From contig CAZYBS010000003.1 of the NCBI GenBank assembly GCA_964645245.1, forward strand, positions 9,366 to 73,365: a DNA stretch of 64,000 nt. The letters are read 5' to 3'. The notes beneath the pieces are model-generated. The model ran no database searches. It saw nothing but the letters and a program-made list of their open reading frames with translations, and was not told the DNA's origin. Both the position numbers and the translations under genes were made by a program. Below, in pieces: positions 11,236 to 22,926 of this stretch; positions within the stretch are counted from its first letter, which is position 1; every line of letters starts with the position of its first letter. Source of the stretch: an uncultured Candidatus Saccharibacteria bacterium. Its GTDB lineage: Bacteria > Patescibacteriota > Minisyncoccia > Phycocordibacterales > UBA9973.

Positions 11236-14200
11236 ATGGCAAAAGTGAGTACATTTGACCAGGAATATAAAAAGCTTAATAAAGCTCAAAAGGAAGCGGT
11301 GAACTCTATCGAGGGGCCAGTCATGGTGGTGGCCGGTCCGGGGACGGGCAAAACGCAGATATTGGCTCTGCGGATAGGAAATATACTTCTAAGAACAGAT
11401 ACCAAAGCTGACGGTATTTTATGCCTGACTTTTACGAATTCCGGTGTAAGAGCCATGAAAGAGCGCCTTCGCAAATACATTGGTTCAACCGGGAATAAGG
11501 TCAATGTTTTTACCTTTCACAGCTTTGGAATGAAAATCATTGAAGAATATTATGCCGTTCTTGACCTAGAAACAGTTCCAAAGTTGATGGATGAGACAGA
11601 TGCCCTAACGCTTTCTGATCAAGTTTTACACGACAATGACTGGGAATATATCCGTCCGCGTTCCGACGCTTCCAGATATTTCGGGGATTTAAAATCCTTG
11701 ATTTCATTGCTGAAGCGCGAGCGCCTGAGTCCGGAAGAATTTTTAATTGAAATTGAAAAAGATATCAGTGGTTTAAAAGAGAATCCGGAAAATATTTCTT
11801 CCCGAGGGGAAAGTAAAGGGCAAATCAGAAAAGAAATCTTAAAAAACATAGAAGGATTAAACCGCACGCGCGAAGTCGCTAAATTTTTCAAGCTCTACGA
11901 GGAAACAAAAAAAGAAAAGAATGTTTTTGATTATGATGATGTCTTGGAGAATTTAGTAAAAATTGTAGAAAATAGCGACCAGGCGCGGGATGAAATTCGG
12001 GAAAAGTATTTATATATTTTAATAGACGAGCATCAAGATTCCAGCGGAGTACAAAATGAATTTTTAGCTAGGGTTTGGGGAGAAGTTGAAAAACCAAATA
12101 TTTTCGTCGTCGGGGATGATCGCCAGCTGATCTACAGCTTTGGCGGGGCATCACTGGCGTATTTTGAGGGTTTTAAACATTCTTTTGGCAAGGCTAGCCT
12201 CATCACGCTAATTGATAATTATCGTTCTACCCAGGTCATTCTAGACTCTGCGCATGCGCTTTTGCAAAGCTCCATCACTAAGGAAAAACTCGTCAGTAAT
12301 CACCAGGAATCTCATCCATTGCGTCTGGTTGAAGCCGATTATCCCCGTGATGAGATTATCGCCTGTGCCTTGGATATAAAAGAGAAAATCAAGAAAGGCG
12401 TGGCTGCGAATGACTGCGCCATTTTAGTACCCAAAAATAAGCAAGTGCGCAGCACTATCACGATCTTAAAAGATATGAATATGCCGGTGGCCGGAGGTGA
12501 AATGATGGACCTTTTTGATTCGTCTGAAGCCGTGTCTTTCCTGCGAGTTCTGAAAATTGTCGCCAACCCGAATGATAGTGTGGCTTTGGCGGACTCTTTT
12601 TTTGATAAATATTCCCTCATTTCTCCACTCAAGGCTCATGAATCTATAAAAAGTAACAATATGCGTGAGTTTTCACTATTGAATATTAAAGAAGAAAAAA
12701 ATAATTTATCTGATGGTAATAATGAAATAAATATCTGGATTGGTAAATTGAAAATGTGGTTGGCGTCTTCTAATGAGCCTCTTTATTCTTTTATCCAAAA
12801 AGTCGGGACGGAGTTTTTGCTTGATACTGCAAAAAATCACGGCGAGCTGGTGGTGCGCATAGAAGTCTTAAGAACTTTACTGCACCTAGTTTTACTGCAA
12901 ATAGAAAAACCTGCCCGACCGGACGGTCGTTCGGGCGGGAATCCAAAGTTGAGCCTCAACGACTTTTTGAATTTTTTAGAGAGAGTAGAAAACTATGGAG
13001 AAAATATCCCCCTGGCCATATTTTCTGCTGATGACGGTGTGAAAGTGCTTACCCTGCATAGTTCCAAAGGACTTGAATTTGATTACGTCTGGATTGCGCA
13101 TATGGATGAAAAATCTTTTTCGGGCGGGAAAATCGGGAGCTTTTCTTTACCGGAATCCATCAAAGAAAAAGTTGATAAAAGAGATGCAGAAGTTTTAAAA
13201 CGGCAATTATATGTGGCGCTCACGCGCGCCAAAAGGTTCTGCACTGTTTCTTATGCCTTGCATTCGTATACAGGCAGAGACCAGGAATCGGCTCATATTG
13301 TGGCTGACCTGGAAGATAATTTTGAAAAACAAAATGCTACTCAGACGGAGAAAATTATTTTAAGCCGTGATCAGAGGGCTTATGTGGAAACAAAATCAAA
13401 AAAAGAAAAACATGCTAATTTGAATGACTTGGTAAAACTGGTCACTCGAGATTATGAAAGCCGGAAAGTATCCGTATCCCTCCTCAATAATTTTTTTGAG
13501 TGTCCGTGGAAATGGTATTTCAGGAATTTACTTCAATTGCCGGAGCCGAAGTCCGAGAGCCTAGAATTCGGAAATATTGTCCATGGCTCTATTGATGCAG
13601 TTTTGAAATTCATAAAAAAGCCGAACAGACGAGATTTGAAAAACATAATTTTACATCAAGTGAGAAAATCAGGTTTTGGCGACGAAAGAAAACAAAAAGA
13701 ATTAGCGGTTTTAGCTTTTAATATTGTTTTCCAATGGGTGAAGAATCGCCTTCCGGAAATAGAACTAAATCGGGAGAACGAAAAAAGTGTTTCCGTGAAA
13801 GACGATAGATTTCCGCATTTAAATATTTACGGAAAGATAGACTTGATAGAACATTTGGATGCCAAAAATGTTCGGGTGACGGATTTCAAGACCGGCAGTG
13901 TAAGAAAAAAAGGAGACATAGAAAAACTAAATGAAGACCCGGCCTTCGCTAAAAGCTTCGGCGAGGCAAGAGACAGAATGAGCGCCTATTTGCGCCAGCT
14001 CGCGATGTATTCATACTTAATAAAAGAAAGTTCTAAAAATAAATTGGATGCCCGAGAAAGCCGGCTTGAATTTTTAGAAGCCAAAGATAAAAAAGAGATT
14101 TTTTATGATAGAGTAATCACTCCAGAAGAAATTGAGCTACTAATAAAAGATATTTCTGATTATGATAATTTGGTCAAAAAAGGAGAGTGGACTGTGCGCC

Positions 14201-14271
14201 CTTGCCATTATAATTCTTATGGCAAAGATACCCCGTGCGAATACTGCAAAATGGCGGAGATCTATAAATAA
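11236..14271 (+). CDS. UvrD/REP superfamily 1 helicase fused to PD-(D/E)XK nuclease (AdnAB-like)
   Basis: AGPGTGKT, IDEHQD, NYRS, TLHSSKGLEF, YVALTRAK; C-terminal GKIDLI...DFKTG with Cys staple (CP...C...C..C). Confidence 0.9.
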   Translation: MAKVSTFDQEYKKLNKAQKEAVNSIEGPVMVVAGPGTGKTQILALRIGNILLRTDTKADGILCLTFTNSGVRAMKERLRKYIGSTGNKVNVFTFHSFGMKIIEEYYAVLDLETVPKLMDETDALTLSDQVLHDNDWEYIRPRSDASRYFGDLKSLISLLKRERLSPEEFLIEIEKDISGLKENPENISSRGESKGQIRKEILKNIEGLNRTREVAKFFKLYEETKKEKNVFDYDDVLENLVKIVENSDQARDEIREKYLYILIDEHQDSSGVQNEFLARVWGEVEKPNIFVVGDDRQLIYSFGGASLAYFEGFKHSFGKASLITLIDNYRSTQVILDSAHALLQSSITKEKLVSNHQESHPLRLVEADYPRDEIIACALDIKEKIKKGVAANDCAILVPKNKQVRSTITILKDMNMPVAGGEMMDLFDSSEAVSFLRVLKIVANPNDSVALADSFFDKYSLISPLKAHESIKSNNMREFSLLNIKEEKNNLSDGNNEINIWIGKLKMWLASSNEPLYSFIQKVGTEFLLDTAKNHGELVVRIEVLRTLLHLVLLQIEKPARPDGRSGGNPKLSLNDFLNFLERVENYGENIPLAIFSADDGVKVLTLHSSKGLEFDYVWIAHMDEKSFSGGKIGSFSLPESIKEKVDKRDAEVLKRQLYVALTRAKRFCTVSYALHSYTGRDQESAHIVADLEDNFEKQNATQTEKIILSRDQRAYVETKSKKEKHANLNDLVKLVTRDYESRKVSVSLLNNFFECPWKWYFRNLLQLPEPKSESLEFGNIVHGSIDAVLKFIKKPNRRDLKNIILHQVRKSGFGDERKQKELAVLAFNIVFQWVKNRLPEIELNRENEKSVSVKDDRFPHLNIYGKIDLIEHLDAKNVRVTDFKTGSVRKKGDIEKLNEDPAFAKSFGEARDRMSAYLRQLAMYSYLIKESSKNKLDARESRLEFLEAKDKKEIFYDRVITPEEIELLIKDISDYDNLVKKGEWTVRPCHYNSYGKDTPCEYCKMAEIYK
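12910..12939. repeat. 30-bp CCTGCC...GGCGGG insertion in helicase (PARPDGRSGG)
   Basis: cctgcccgaccggacggtcgttcgggcggg; reverse complement equals the mreC element minus 6 bp. Confidence 0.85.
13938..13970. repeat. 33-bp palindromic insertion in nuclease domain (PAFAKSFGEAR)
   Basis: cccggccttcgctaaaagcttcggcgaggcaag; related to the proS insertion. Confidence 0.75.
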
Positions 14272-14273
14272 TT

Positions 14274-15101
14274 ATGAAAAAGATTGCTATTATTGGGTCC
14301 GAAGGAGGTATATCTTGTGCTTATTTTGTCGGTGTTATTTTTGCTCTGGTAGAAAAATTCAATCTCACGAATCCATATATTGTTATAGGGAGTTCTGGAA
14401 GCACCGGGACACTTGCATACTATGTAGCAGGCCAGTATGCATCCATCAAAAATATATGGGAGAACCTTCTTCCTTCTAAGAAATTCATATCTTTTTGGAG
14501 GTTAAATAAGATTATGGATATTGACTATCTCATAGATGATATTTTTAAAAAACAGGATATTCTGGATGTTGGAAAAATCAAACTATCTAAAATAAAACTT
14601 CTTATTTCTGCCACCAATATTGAAACTGGGGGTCTTGAGTATTTCAGCAATCAAGGCGGTGTTGATATTTTTGAAGCCTTGCGAGCATCATGTGCCACCC
14701 CAATTACCTATAATAAGTCAGTAAAGATAGACGGACATAAATATATTGACGGTGCTATCGGGGCACCCCTTAGTGTCAATATTGAAAAAGCAAAACAGGA
14801 AGGAGCTGAAGTTGTCATTGCAATTGATAGTTCAAATCAAAGTATTATTTCTGATATATTATTAAAATTTTGTTCTTTATTTAAAAATAAAGCTTTTCGC
14901 CAGCAATTAAAGCACTACTATAAACGAGCAAAGTATGAGAATAATGATAAACAAGTTTTCATTTTAAAACCCAGCGTCAAATTACCCATAAGCGCATTTG
15001 ATAATAATCGTGACCACATTATCAAAACGATTCAAATTGGTTATAATGATGTAATAAATAAATCCGCTCTTATTCAAGAGCTTTTGTTTGAAGGGGTTTG
15101 A
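14274..15101 (+). CDS. Patatin-like phospholipase
   Basis: EGG oxyanion region, GSSGS nucleophile motif, ALRASCA, YIDG. Confidence 0.8.
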   Translation: MKKIAIIGSEGGISCAYFVGVIFALVEKFNLTNPYIVIGSSGSTGTLAYYVAGQYASIKNIWENLLPSKKFISFWRLNKIMDIDYLIDDIFKKQDILDVGKIKLSKIKLLISATNIETGGLEYFSNQGGVDIFEALRASCATPITYNKSVKIDGHKYIDGAIGAPLSVNIEKAKQEGAEVVIAIDSSNQSIISDILLKFCSLFKNKAFRQQLKHYYKRAKYENNDKQVFILKPSVKLPISAFDNNRDHIIKTIQIGYNDVINKSALIQELLFEGV

Positions 15102-15153
15102 CAAGTTAGACTTTTATTTGATAAAGTTTTACTGAAGGGAGGTACAAAGTACG

Positions 15154-15351
15154 ATGAACGCTATTGTGGCGAATACAGCTGGCGAGCGCAATCCCGCGTC
15201 GCCCAGCAACAACCTGGACGTCGATCAGTCCGATGGCTCGGCAAAGACCAGTTTTGCCACATCGGAACTACGTTCAGGGACCCACCGTCCGCTCGTGCGT
15301 TCAACGCACACTTCGGGTATTTCGATGAATAACCCGAATTCGGTATTCTGA
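15154..15351 (+). CDS. Small orphan protein (uncertain)
   Basis: TTGACA upstream, strong aagggaggt SD, downstream hairpin; GC-rich. Confidence 0.4.
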   Translation: MNAIVANTAGERNPASPSNNLDVDQSDGSAKTSFATSELRSGTHRPLVRSTHTSGISMNNPNSVF

Positions 15352-15374
15352 CGTACGACGGATCCCGCGCCCCG

Positions 15375-15415
15375 GCCACGCAGAACCCTTACGGGATCTG
15401 CGTGGCTATCTTTTT
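15375..15415 (+). terminator. Intrinsic terminator
   Basis: gccacgcaga...tctgcgtggc stem followed by T-rich tail. Confidence 0.7.
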
Positions 15416-15455
15416 AATATTGTAATTTGAGTTTTTTGCCTATAATATAAATAAT

Positions 15456-16364
15456 ATGAAATATGTTATTATCCTTTTCTATAAATATGTCCATATAGAT
15501 GACCCGGAGGCTGTGAAGAAGCAGGAAATGGAAGTGTGCGAGAGGCTTGGACTTAGAGGCAGGTGCATCATTGCAAGTGAAGGCATAAACGCCACTTTTG
15601 AGGGGACAAGAGAAAGTATTGGAGAATATATAAAAGAACTAGAGAAAGATAAAAGATTTTTGGGTACTCACTTTAAGTTGAGTTTTGGCACAGGAAATTC
15701 TTTTCCAAGGTTATCAATAAGAGTACGCAAAGAAATTGTCTCATTGGGCCTTGGCAACTGTAATTTGGACCCGAATAAAATAAGTGGGAAAAGAGTATCT
15801 CCCGAGGAATTGCATGGATGGATAAAAAACAGACGAGAATTCTATATAGTTGATATGCGTAATGTCTATGAGCATAAAGTCGGGCATTTTGAAAATTCTA
15901 TTCTTCCGCTGATTGAAAATTTCAGAGACTTGCCGAAGATTGTGAAACAAATTGCTCATTTGAAAAATAAAACAGTGCTCACGGTTTGCACTGGAGGCGT
16001 GCGTTGTGAAAAGGCATCAGGTTTTTTAGTCACGCAGGGATTCACAGATGTGTATCAGCTAGACGGGGGAATCGTGAGCTATATGAAAAAATATCCTAAT
16101 GAGGATTTTCGGGGCAAGCTTTATGTTTTTGATGGGCGAGTTACGATGGGATTTTACACAGGCGATGTCAAACATAAAGTAATAGGCAGGTGTGATGCAT
16201 GTAGTGAGCAATCTGAAAATTATGTCAATTGCGCCAATCCCGTCTGCCACAGGCATTTTATTAATTGTAAAAACTGCCTTGCGAAAAATAATGGAGAAGC
16301 ATTCTGTCCCGGTGGATGCGTTCTTTCCCGACATGGGCGGAAAATTAGCCCGGTTCAGATTTAG
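15456..16364 (+). CDS. trhO: Rhodanese-related tRNA U34 hydroxylase TrhO (UPF0176)
   Basis: LFYKY, EGINAT, DMRNVYE, CTGGVRCEK, LDGGIVSY, YVFDGR. Confidence 0.9.
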   Translation: MKYVIILFYKYVHIDDPEAVKKQEMEVCERLGLRGRCIIASEGINATFEGTRESIGEYIKELEKDKRFLGTHFKLSFGTGNSFPRLSIRVRKEIVSLGLGNCNLDPNKISGKRVSPEELHGWIKNRREFYIVDMRNVYEHKVGHFENSILPLIENFRDLPKIVKQIAHLKNKTVLTVCTGGVRCEKASGFLVTQGFTDVYQLDGGIVSYMKKYPNEDFRGKLYVFDGRVTMGFYTGDVKHKVIGRCDACSEQSENYVNCANPVCHRHFINCKNCLAKNNGEAFCPGGCVLSRHGRKISPVQI

Positions 16365-17491
16365 CGGACTTCTGAATCAAAGTTTGCGGTTGTGTCCGAT
16401 TCAATTTTATTATGCACTCTATCTATTTCTTCATTAGTTAAAGTGTGATCCAGCGATCTATAAGTAATTCTGTATGCATAACTTACTTTTTCTTCACCAA
16501 ATTTTGCTACATTTTCGTATTTATCTATAAGCGACACTTCTTCAACAAGGCCTGGGGCGTCTTCTCTTACGAAATCAAAGTAGTCATTTGGCACGAAATC
16601 ATTTTTTACCACAAAAGAAATATCTCTCACTATTGGCGGATACTTACTGACTTCCATAAATTTATGTCCAAGCTTAAGTTGCTTTTTTATCCTCTCATCG
16701 TCGGACCAAAGCAGTCGTATATCTGGTAACTGCATACTGGCAATAGCGAGGCGCTCTAATCCGAAGCCAAACGCCCAGCCATGGTAGCCGGTTAACCCTA
16801 AATTGGCAAGGACACTTTTTCTTACCATTCCAGAACCTAACATTTCAGTCCATTGGCCGTCAATTTCTGCTTCCATTTCAAAACTCGGATCAGTATATGG
16901 AAAATTATGATCATAAAAACGAAAATTAATATTGCCAAAGATGCTCGTCGCTATTTCTGTTAGGGCATTTTTTAAGTCTTCCGGTGTAATTTTTTTTTTA
17001 TCGTCCGGTGCTATTAACCACCCACCAAATTGATGGAAAACATTCATGTGACGACGGTCAATTTCATCCTTACGGTAAACCTTACCATAACAAATTGCTC
17101 CAAGAGTTTCCTTATTTTTAATCCGCTTTTTGATTTCCGGATGATTTAAATAATAATACCAGAATACTGTGTCGTGGGTTCTTAAAACATTGTCCTCATC
17201 GATATAATAAGTGTCAGATTTGCTCCGCGCTGGATGTCCCGGGGGCATGTTAAATAAATCGAAGAGAATTTTTGTCGGGACGATTTCTGGGATTTTTATA
17301 TCATCAAAATTTTTAAGCGACGAAACTTCTTTAGCCTTTTTCACGATTTCTTCTAGCGGACTGCCAGGGGTTCGGGATAAATCAGGCATTGAAAGATAAC
17401 GTTTGATACGCAGGTTTTTGACATCATTTTTTGACTCCAAATCCTTTTTTATATTCCTTTCTTCGAGGGAGGTTATTTCATAATTTGCCAC
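16361..17491 (-). CDS. pheS: Phenylalanyl-tRNA synthetase, alpha catalytic domain fused to FDX-ACB (monomeric type)
   Basis: HPARSKSDTYY, LRTH, VYRKDEIDRRH, FPYTDPSFE, GWAFGFGLERLA, then RDISF...YRSLDHTLT. Confidence 0.92.
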   Translation of the reverse strand: MANYEITSLEERNIKKDLESKNDVKNLRIKRYLSMPDLSRTPGSPLEEIVKKAKEVSSLKNFDDIKIPEIVPTKILFDLFNMPPGHPARSKSDTYYIDEDNVLRTHDTVFWYYYLNHPEIKKRIKNKETLGAICYGKVYRKDEIDRRHMNVFHQFGGWLIAPDDKKKITPEDLKNALTEIATSIFGNINFRFYDHNFPYTDPSFEMEAEIDGQWTEMLGSGMVRKSVLANLGLTGYHGWAFGFGLERLAIASMQLPDIRLLWSDDERIKKQLKLGHKFMEVSKYPPIVRDISFVVKNDFVPNDYFDFVREDAPGLVEEVSLIDKYENVAKFGEEKVSYAYRITYRSLDHTLTNEEIDRVHNKIESDTTANFDSEVR

Positions 17492-17559
17492 TTCTTTAGT
17501 ATACTTAAAAGTGACCGTAAAGTAAAGGTTTTTTGAGGAAAAAAGAGCTTGGCAGGTGA

Positions 17560-19647
<2,088 letters not shown>

Positions 19648-19648
19648 T

Positions 19649-20896
19649 TTATTTCTTATTCTTTATTTCTTCTAAAAGTTTTTTCACTAATTCTTCTTTT
19701 GACATTTGGCCGAGCTGGCCGAGGTCGCGAGATTCTAGTGTTATTTTTTCAGCCTCTATTTCTTTATCACCGACGACGATCCAATAGGGCAACTTATTGG
19801 TCTTTGCATCGCGGACTTTGGTGCCGAGGTTTGCGTCAGCGTCATCCAACTCTGCCCGGATGTTATTTTCTTTTAACATTTCAAAAATTTCTTTGGCGTA
19901 TTCATTATGATTCGTGCGAACTGGGATGACTTTGACTTGCACCGGCGAGAGCCACAAAGGAAAGTTTCCTTTATAATATTCTATCAGAAATGCCGCGCCT
20001 CTTTCTAATGAACCATTAATCGCTGAATGAATCATAACAATGCGTTCCTTTTCACCTTTTTCGTTTACACAGTTAAGGTCAAATCGCTCCGGCAAGTTCA
20101 TGTCTAGTTGAATTGTTGCCACTTGCCATTCACGGCCGGCAGAACTTTTTGCCATGAAATCCAATTTTGGTCCATAAAGAGCCGCTTCACCAGGTCCCTC
20201 AAAATAATCAGTCTTATGTTTTCTCTTGCGTTCCTCAGCGATGGATCTCAGTTCATTCTCGGCCGTATCCCAGATTTCTTTTGTGCCAAGATATTTTTTC
20301 GGTTCTTTTGGATTACGGAATGACAAGCGGACACGAAGCGCAAGCCCAAACGCTTTATAGAATGTATCAGCAATATCCCAAATTTTTAAAAATTCCTCTT
20401 TTATTTGATTGGTCCGGCAAAAAACATGTGAATCGTCTTGGGTGATGGAAAGAACTCGTGTCAAACCTCCAAGCTCACCGGACTGTTCATCTCGATAAAC
20501 CATAGTTGTTTCTGCATATCTCTGCGGCATCTCTCTATACGAATGCGGCCTACGGGCGAAAATTTGAATATGATGCGGGCAGTTCATCGGTTTTAGTGCA
20601 TATTCCTTATCTTCTCTACTTTTCATACGAAAAAGCTCATCGGAGAATTTGTCCCAATGCCCGGATGTTTCGTATAATTCACGCTTGGTTATATGGGGGA
20701 TAGTCACGCGATTATAGCTATACTTTGCTCGCAGTTCCCATACGAATTTGTCCAATTCTTCGCGCAAGACAGTACCCTTGGGCGTCCATAACGGTAGCCC
20801 AGGTCCGACAAGTTCAGAGAATGTAAATAGGTCAAGTTCTTTACCTAGAATCCGATGGTCATTTTTATCCATTAGATTTTCTTTGTCATTTTCCAT
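19649..20896 (-). CDS. thrS: Threonyl-tRNA synthetase (no N-terminal TGS/editing domains)
   Basis: Begins at DHRILGKELDLF; LKPMNCPHH, YRDEQSGEL, YGPKLD, QVATIQLD; anticodon domain. Confidence 0.95.
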   Translation of the reverse strand: MENDKENLMDKNDHRILGKELDLFTFSELVGPGLPLWTPKGTVLREELDKFVWELRAKYSYNRVTIPHITKRELYETSGHWDKFSDELFRMKSREDKEYALKPMNCPHHIQIFARRPHSYREMPQRYAETTMVYRDEQSGELGGLTRVLSITQDDSHVFCRTNQIKEEFLKIWDIADTFYKAFGLALRVRLSFRNPKEPKKYLGTKEIWDTAENELRSIAEERKRKHKTDYFEGPGEAALYGPKLDFMAKSSAGREWQVATIQLDMNLPERFDLNCVNEKGEKERIVMIHSAINGSLERGAAFLIEYYKGNFPLWLSPVQVKVIPVRTNHNEYAKEIFEMLKENNIRAELDDADANLGTKVRDAKTNKLPYWIVVGDKEIEAEKITLESRDLGQLGQMSKEELVKKLLEEIKNKK

Positions 20897-20979
20897 AGAC
20901 TATTATAATAACATATTTTATTTTTTCTCCAAATTTACCTGATTGCTTTTCACTCATAGTGTGCTAATATAGACACATT

Positions 20980-21207
20980 ATGGTAGTCCGGATGAGGAGC
21001 ACAAAATCACATACGAAAAACAGACGTTCTCATCATGCCTTAGTAAGTACCAGTTTTGCCAAGTGTGAAAATTGCAAAGCCCTGAAAAGGCGTCACACAG
21101 TATGCTCATCATGCGGATTTTATCGAGGGAAAAAAGTTTTAGATTTAGTTAAAAAGACAGAAAAGAAGCAGAAAAAAGCTAAAGCGAAAGAAAAAGCAGC
21201 GAAATAG
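20980..21207 (+). CDS. rpmF: 50S ribosomal protein L32
   Basis: RRSH, CENC...[12 protein letters not shown]. Confidence 0.93.
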   Translation: MVVRMRSTKSHTKNRRSHHALVSTSFAKCENCKALKRRHTVCSSCGFYRGKKVLDLVKKTEKKQKKAKAKEKAAK

Positions 21208-21218
21208 TTAGTAAAGTT

Positions 21219-22163
21219 ATGGCAAATAGGCACCTTTCCAGATCAATAGTGCTCCAGACGCTTTTTGAGTGGGATTTCTTATCTGCGGGAAAAAAGAACA
21301 TCATTTCTACTAATGACGAGATTAAAAAGATACTGAATAGAAATTTAAAAGAATTTGCTCCCGGGCTGGAAGATGATAATTTTGTGTTTTCGCTGATAGA
21401 TGAAGTATTAAAAAAGCAAACCAAAATTGATGAAATTATAGAAGCCTCTGCGCCGGACTGGCCGATAGATAAAATTTCTATTGTTGATAGAAATATCTTG
21501 AGAATCGGATTGACGGAACTTCTTTTCGGCGATAGGAAGCAAGTACCTCCGAAGGTGGCAATCAATGAAGCCATAGAATTAGCAAAAACTTTTGGCGGAG
21601 AGAATTCCGGTAAATTTGTAAATGGCGTCTTGGGCGCGGTTTATAAAGAGATGGGCGAGCCCGGCAAAGAACAGACGAGTAAAAAGAGAAATTCTGTTGA
21701 GCCCAAAGAGCCAGTGGATGTTGCCCAATTGCCGGTTGAAAACTTGGGGGGCGCGCTAGTGTATACGAAAAAGAACGGTAATATTTTATTTGCGCTGGTA
21801 CACGATGTTTTCGGCTATTGGACCCTGTCTAAAGGCAAAGTTGAAGCCAATGAAAATATAGAGAAAGGTACAATCAGGGAGATTAAGGAAGAAATCGGAC
21901 TAAATATTACTATAGAAAAAAAACTTGGAGAGAATGAATATGTTGCAACCCATCCGGAAAAAGGGAAAAGTCTGAAAAAGGTTGTGTACTTTCTGGCCTA
22001 TAGTGAATATAAAGAGCTTGTTTTGGAAAATTCTGGGGGACTGGATGGGGCTCGGTGGTTCGAGCTTTCCGAAGTGCCGGAGCTTCGTATTTATAATGAC
22101 ATTATTCCACTTATTACCAAGGCGATTGAAATACTAAGTAGTAAAAAGCCAGAAAAAAATTAG
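21219..22163 (+). CDS. nusB: Transcription antitermination factor NusB fused to NUDIX domain
   Basis: [28 protein letters not shown]; C-terminal KGKVE...REIKEEIG Nudix box. Confidence 0.9.
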   Translation: MANRHLSRSIVLQTLFEWDFLSAGKKNIISTNDEIKKILNRNLKEFAPGLEDDNFVFSLIDEVLKKQTKIDEIIEASAPDWPIDKISIVDRNILRIGLTELLFGDRKQVPPKVAINEAIELAKTFGGENSGKFVNGVLGAVYKEMGEPGKEQTSKKRNSVEPKEPVDVAQLPVENLGGALVYTKKNGNILFALVHDVFGYWTLSKGKVEANENIEKGTIREIKEEIGLNITIEKKLGENEYVATHPEKGKSLKKVVYFLAYSEYKELVLENSGGLDGARWFELSEVPELRIYNDIIPLITKAIEILSSKKPEKN

Positions 22164-22190
22164 CAAGTTTATAAAGTAGAAAGTAAAAAC

Positions 22191-22886
22191 ATGATTAATT
22201 TTTCAAATTTTGAGAAAAAAACAAAAGTGATTTTTAAGGATAAGGCTTTGCTTAAACAGGCTTTTGTGCATCGTTCTTACATAAATGAAAACCCAAGTGT
22301 CGGACTCTCGCACAATGAGCGTTTGGAATTCTTGGGCGATGCCGTGCTGGAGCTCATCGTCACAGATTTTCTTTATAAAAAATATCCTAATTATACAGAG
22401 GGGGAATTGACCGCCTTGCGCTCAGCCTTGGTTAATGCTGTTATTATATCTCTAGTGGCTGAAAAAATAGGCATGAATGATTATTTGCTTTTGTCCAAAG
22501 GCGAAGCCAAAGATAACGGCAAGGCCCGGCAATATATTTTGGCCAATACCTATGAGGCATACATTGGGGCTCTGTATTTGGATCAAGGAATGGACGTCGT
22601 AAATGAATTTGTGAATAAGACCCTCTTACCTAAAACAGAAGAAATAGTAAATAAAAAGCTTTGGCGCGACGCGAAATCTGTGGTGCAGGAGAAAGCGCAG
22701 GAATTTGTAAATTTTACGCCCGCCTACAGGGTTCTGAGCGAGTCAGGTCCCGACCATGATAAACATTTCACCGTGGGTATTTATTTTGGGTCTATTTTGA
22801 TTGCTGAAGGCAAAGGCAAATCAAAACAGGAGGCGGAACAAAAAGCAGCCGAAGCCGCATTAAAAGTAAAAAATTGGCTAGATTAA
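22191..22886 (+). CDS. rnc: Ribonuclease III
   Basis: NERLEFLGDAVL signature and dsRBD. Confidence 0.97.
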   Translation: MINFSNFEKKTKVIFKDKALLKQAFVHRSYINENPSVGLSHNERLEFLGDAVLELIVTDFLYKKYPNYTEGELTALRSALVNAVIISLVAEKIGMNDYLLLSKGEAKDNGKARQYILANTYEAYIGALYLDQGMDVVNEFVNKTLLPKTEEIVNKKLWRDAKSVVQEKAQEFVNFTPAYRVLSESGPDHDKHFTVGIYFGSILIAEGKGKSKQEAEQKAAEAALKVKNWLD

Positions 22887-22926
22887 AAAAAGAAAAACAT
22901 ATTTTGTTATTTTGCAAAATGTTTAA

